Both the position numbers and the translations under genes were made by a program. A DNA stretch of 64,000 bases from positions 68,809,188-68,873,187 of the forward strand of contig NC_068989.1 in NCBI RefSeq assembly GCF_001194135.2, in the 5' to 3' direction. This document shows, one piece after another, positions 21,911 through 64,000 of the stretch (its first letter is position 1; every line of letters starts with the position of its first letter). This DNA comes from Octopus bimaculoides. Taxonomy: Eukaryota. The notes under the pieces are model-generated. The model saw nothing but the letters and a program-made list of their open reading frames with translations. It was not told the DNA's origin and did no database searches.

Positions 21911-22584
21911 AAAAATTCAATAACTGCACTTGGAAGCAAAACAAGACTCATTGGCTTGTCAAAAGACATGCCAATTCCTGTCATACACAGAAAACACAAA
22001 CACAATAAAGAAAACACAACAAATATTTTAAATTTCTCCTTGACCGCTACACTTTAATACTATTTACAGTAGAATACTTTCCAGTGAATATGATACACCT
22101 TTATGTACACAGCATGAAAATAAAATAATGGAATAGTAGACACAAAAGAGCATCAGGTATGTTTGTCCAAGATGGCAGCCAAATAGTGGGTTGGATATAA
22201 TTTTTTCCATTTTGTTTCTTTGTTTTGTTTCTTTTTTTCCAGAAATATACAAGTTAAACCAATGAAAATATTAGATTGTATTTTTGTTTCTGGCTATCAG
22301 TTATGGACTCTGCTCCTCAAACAGCAAAAAAGTAAGGGGAAGAGAGAGAAAAAAAAAAGAATGTTATGGTCATTTCTGATCGCTGCTTGAAAGTGAGCCC
22401 ACATTGAAGACAATAAATTTCAAACAGCTACATTGTTTTAGTTATCAGAAAAGTAACAATTTACTTTGCTACTTTTAATGTTCATGGGATCCTTTGTATG
22501 TTATTCTTTGAAGCTGATTTTATTTAGAAGGGGAAAATATACTTCTTCCCACTTCAAATTAAAAAGAAAAACAAAAATCACATA

Positions 22585-22721
22585 NNNNNNNNNNNNNNNN
22601 NNNNNNNNNNNNNNNNNNNNNNNNNNNNNNNNNNNNNNNNNNNNNNNNNNNNNNNNNNNNNNNNNNNNNNNNNNNNNNNNNNNNNNNNNNNNNNNNNNNN
22701 NNNNNNNNNNNNNNNNNNNNN
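22585..22721. other. Assembly gap (N)
   Basis: Run of N. Confidence 1.
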
Positions 22722-23488
22722 AGGGAGGGCGGGTTCATTTTTTGCGGCTTTGAAGGAAAGATAAGAAGATAGTGGTAGTTTCTGTTTCAGAGGAGAAACG
22801 AGTGGAAACATTTCATAGTATTTAACCTGCTAGAAATTAAAAAAGTCATAACCCAAATTGAAAGGAGATGTAGAGGCTATTTGGTGTTTGGAAAAGATAG
22901 TCTTGAGATCTTTTGTGTCAGGTTCAATATGGCCTACAACAGAAAAGAAAATGAAAATCAATAATGTACTCATGTTATTTAAGCATTCAGCTAAGTTAAT
23001 TTACCTTTTGTCATTTAAATAGAATGAACAAAAACAATCAGAAGAGCAGAACATAGTACTGACTTATAAAAACGTTTAATATACTTTGTAGCATATTATG
23101 GTTGTATAATGAAATACCATGTGCCTAGAAATCATTAACAACCAGAAGTGTTTAGGTTAGATGATTCTCTAAATAGTGAGCCAACAAAGGGGCCCTTTAC
23201 ATGGTACTGACTTGCTAGAAATAACAGCCAAACATCCTTCACACAAATGAAGGATACATTGGATAATACAGTTCCTACGTTACATAGTCTGGAAAAAGAA
23301 TGTGACTGTAATGAGTGTAACAATTTATTGAGCTTAGAAGAATGTAAGACAAATTTGACTTGGTAAGTTATACTGCCAAAACAAATAGAGGCATTACTCT
23401 AAATTGCATGAAAATTACTGTTTTTTAAATCTCACAATGCAACAGCACTTTGTAGTAAAGACTGTTTGCCAACATAACATGGCAGACA

Positions 23489-23572
23489 TGGTTTAGGACG
23501 AATGTTGCTGTAATTTAGCCCCAAGAGACATGTCTCCTGGGGCTAAATTACAGCAACATTTGTCCTAAACCA
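23489..23572. repeat. 84-nt near-perfect palindrome (two 42-nt arms, 2 mismatches, no spacer)
   Basis: TGGTTTAGGACGAATGTTGCTGTAATTTAGCCCCAAGAGACA|TGTCTCCTGGGGCTAAATTACAGCAACATTTGTCCTAAACCA. Confidence 0.95.
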
Positions 23573-23886
23573 GGACTGACTTGTAACTCATTGCTATACC
23601 ATTTCTGCCATCAAAAAGGAAGTGGAAAGCAGAAAACTGCTCAAGCAATGAAATAAATGATAGAAGGTTTAACTAAACAAATATGCTTTTTCACTGTCTT
23701 ATAACTTTGATTTTAATTACGTTTGTATATAGCTTACCCAAGTTTTATAATTTAAACTTTTTTCAAAGAAAGCTACATGAAATGCTTGAATTTATATAAT
23801 TGTTTTTTTCTTACAGCACAGAAATTGCAATTAAGGAGATAAATTCAGTTAAGAGGGAAAATAATATAAAAGATGAATCACCGTAC

Positions 23887-62082
<38,196 letters not shown>

Positions 62083-64000
62083 CTAAAAATAAATTTGCAA
62101 ACATTCCTTTAATCCAAATATCAAAATTAGTAATAAAAAAAAAAAGCAATCATTAGTTATATAATATTTGTTGATTGATATCACACATTCCAGGCACAAT
62201 AGGTGAATCAAAATTAACTTGAAACTTTAAAAAGAAAAACTTTAAGTGTCTTTGAGAAGTGGTGCACAAATTGCCTAAACTCCAAAATAACACTTTGTCA
62301 GTTCTTGAATACCTTTAAATAAAACTTACATATCGAGCCTCCTGCCAGGTTCTCTTCACAAATGTGAACTGACCTCCAACCAAGATGGTCACAAATATAT
62401 ACCTTTTAATCCAATTAGATTTTAACTCAAATATCGACTGTGTAAATTAATGGTTAAAATCAATTTTGAATTAGACAAGTGGTTATTTAGGAAAAAAACA
62501 ACCTCGATATCAACTATGCTCTGGAACAACTAACTTACTTCATAGAGAGATATTAAAATTGCAGACACAATTTGCAGGCTTTTTGAAGGTTTTCTATTAT
62601 ATTAAAAGCCTCTAGATTTTCTTCCTTCTGTTAAACTAAAAATATTAGACTTCAAGTTTCGCCAAACAGCTTTATTTAACTAGTCTTACAAAATATAACA
62701 ATTTTCTGTTTTGTATTTTCAATAAAAAGTGTAACATGTCTATTTTCAATGCACAAAGTATATATGATTTGTTTAATATATCGTTATTATATAGTATATA
62801 AAAAAGTTGAGAAGGGTTTCTGTAATAGGCTGGATGATCACTTTGCAGGCTACAAAAGTCACTGATCTAATAGTTATGGTCTTTATCTATTACATCTAGA
62901 AAAATTGAGGCATGTAGGATAAAATTTCCAGTACAGTAGTACAATGAAACACTAGCAAAGATCATAACCCATGGATGGTTGATCGAATACTATACACTTG
63001 GTCATTTTCTTTGTGTAAATAAAACTGTAATTTGGTGACCTAGTCAGCTATTGATAGCAGTAACTGAATGTTATAAATATAAATGTATTTTATTTTTAAC
63101 ATTGCTCAAAATATATTTACAAGAATCAGTCCTCACATATATAAATAAAGCAGAAAGCTAAAATCTAACCATGTCCGACTAACATTCGACTGTGTAACAG
63201 AAAAAAAAAAGAAAAAGAAAACTATATCAGTAGCTGTTCTACCACCTCACTGATAAATAAACACCTATTGTCAGTTATGATTCATGCAAATGAAAATAAC
63301 TGAAAATAAATTTGCAAGTCTACTCATGAGGAAAAAAGGACATTTAGTATATTTACATTTAAATATCAATTACACTAACCAATAATGCTCAATTATTATA
63401 TTCACCACTTTCAAATTAACTATAACCAAAGTAATATGACAATGGAGTTACCTTAAGGAAAAATATCTATAACTAAAGCAAAAAGAGGGAAAAGTATTAA
63501 GTAATATAATAGATGCCAGGTAGGCATACTACTGTTTAGATTAAAGGCCTGTTATTTCACAAGCTCTGTTAAATGACAGACTTAGCAGGATTGAAAAACT
63601 TATGTCAGATCTCAGGAGGATGTTTTTATAATTTTACTTTACAAGCTAACACCAGACAAGTGAGCAAAGTAAAAACTGAATCAGGAAACAGAATAACTCC
63701 TGAAGTATAAATAACTTTGCTTGTTATTTGTAAAAACATTTCCCACTCAAAAGTTTTTACTTCCAATTATTTAAATCAAGATGATTTTCAGTAAATTGTT
63801 AAATTTTCAAATTAAGTCAATTATAATACCAAAACAGTTTAAGATCAAAGAATAATGTCTGTAAAATATTAATGTACAATGGCTTAATTCAATGCAATAA
63901 CAATTAAGCGATAATTGAAAATTACCAGCAGATAATTTTTATCACAAATTAAAATTAATCAAGACAAAAACAAAAAGGCAAAATTTCAATGACATTTATT

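Overview
AT-rich, intron-rich animal genomic DNA. The repeat families and intron sizes suggest a coleoid cephalopod, most likely Octopus; this is inferred, not verified. There are three N gaps. Two convergent spliced genes are present. (1) A complete 5-exon NIP7 (60S ribosome biogenesis factor, 180 aa) on + from 1805 to 19220, with a compact ETS/NRF1/CCAAT/E-box promoter. (2) The 3' eight coding exons of a GCKIII Ste20-family kinase (STK24/25/26 co-ortholog) on - from 62082 to about 23887; its N-terminal exons lie beyond the window and its last coding exon is ambiguous. Introns hold several tRNA-derived SINE families, 5'-truncated RTE LINE copies, piggyBac-like and hAT-like MITEs (one nested in another), a decayed hAT transposase and Penelope-like termini. 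The most unusual signals are: a tandemly repeated hairpin plus H-type pseudoknot module in the RTE 3' UTR; an 84-nt near-perfect palindrome at the kinase 3' end; a degenerate minimal-hammerhead-like motif; a non-canonical kinase activation loop (FRHT instead of KRNT); and about 10 kb of repeat-poor intron around a 69-nt in-frame exon. Repeat boundaries are approximate and were read by eye. No new multi-gene system can be claimed from the sequence alone.
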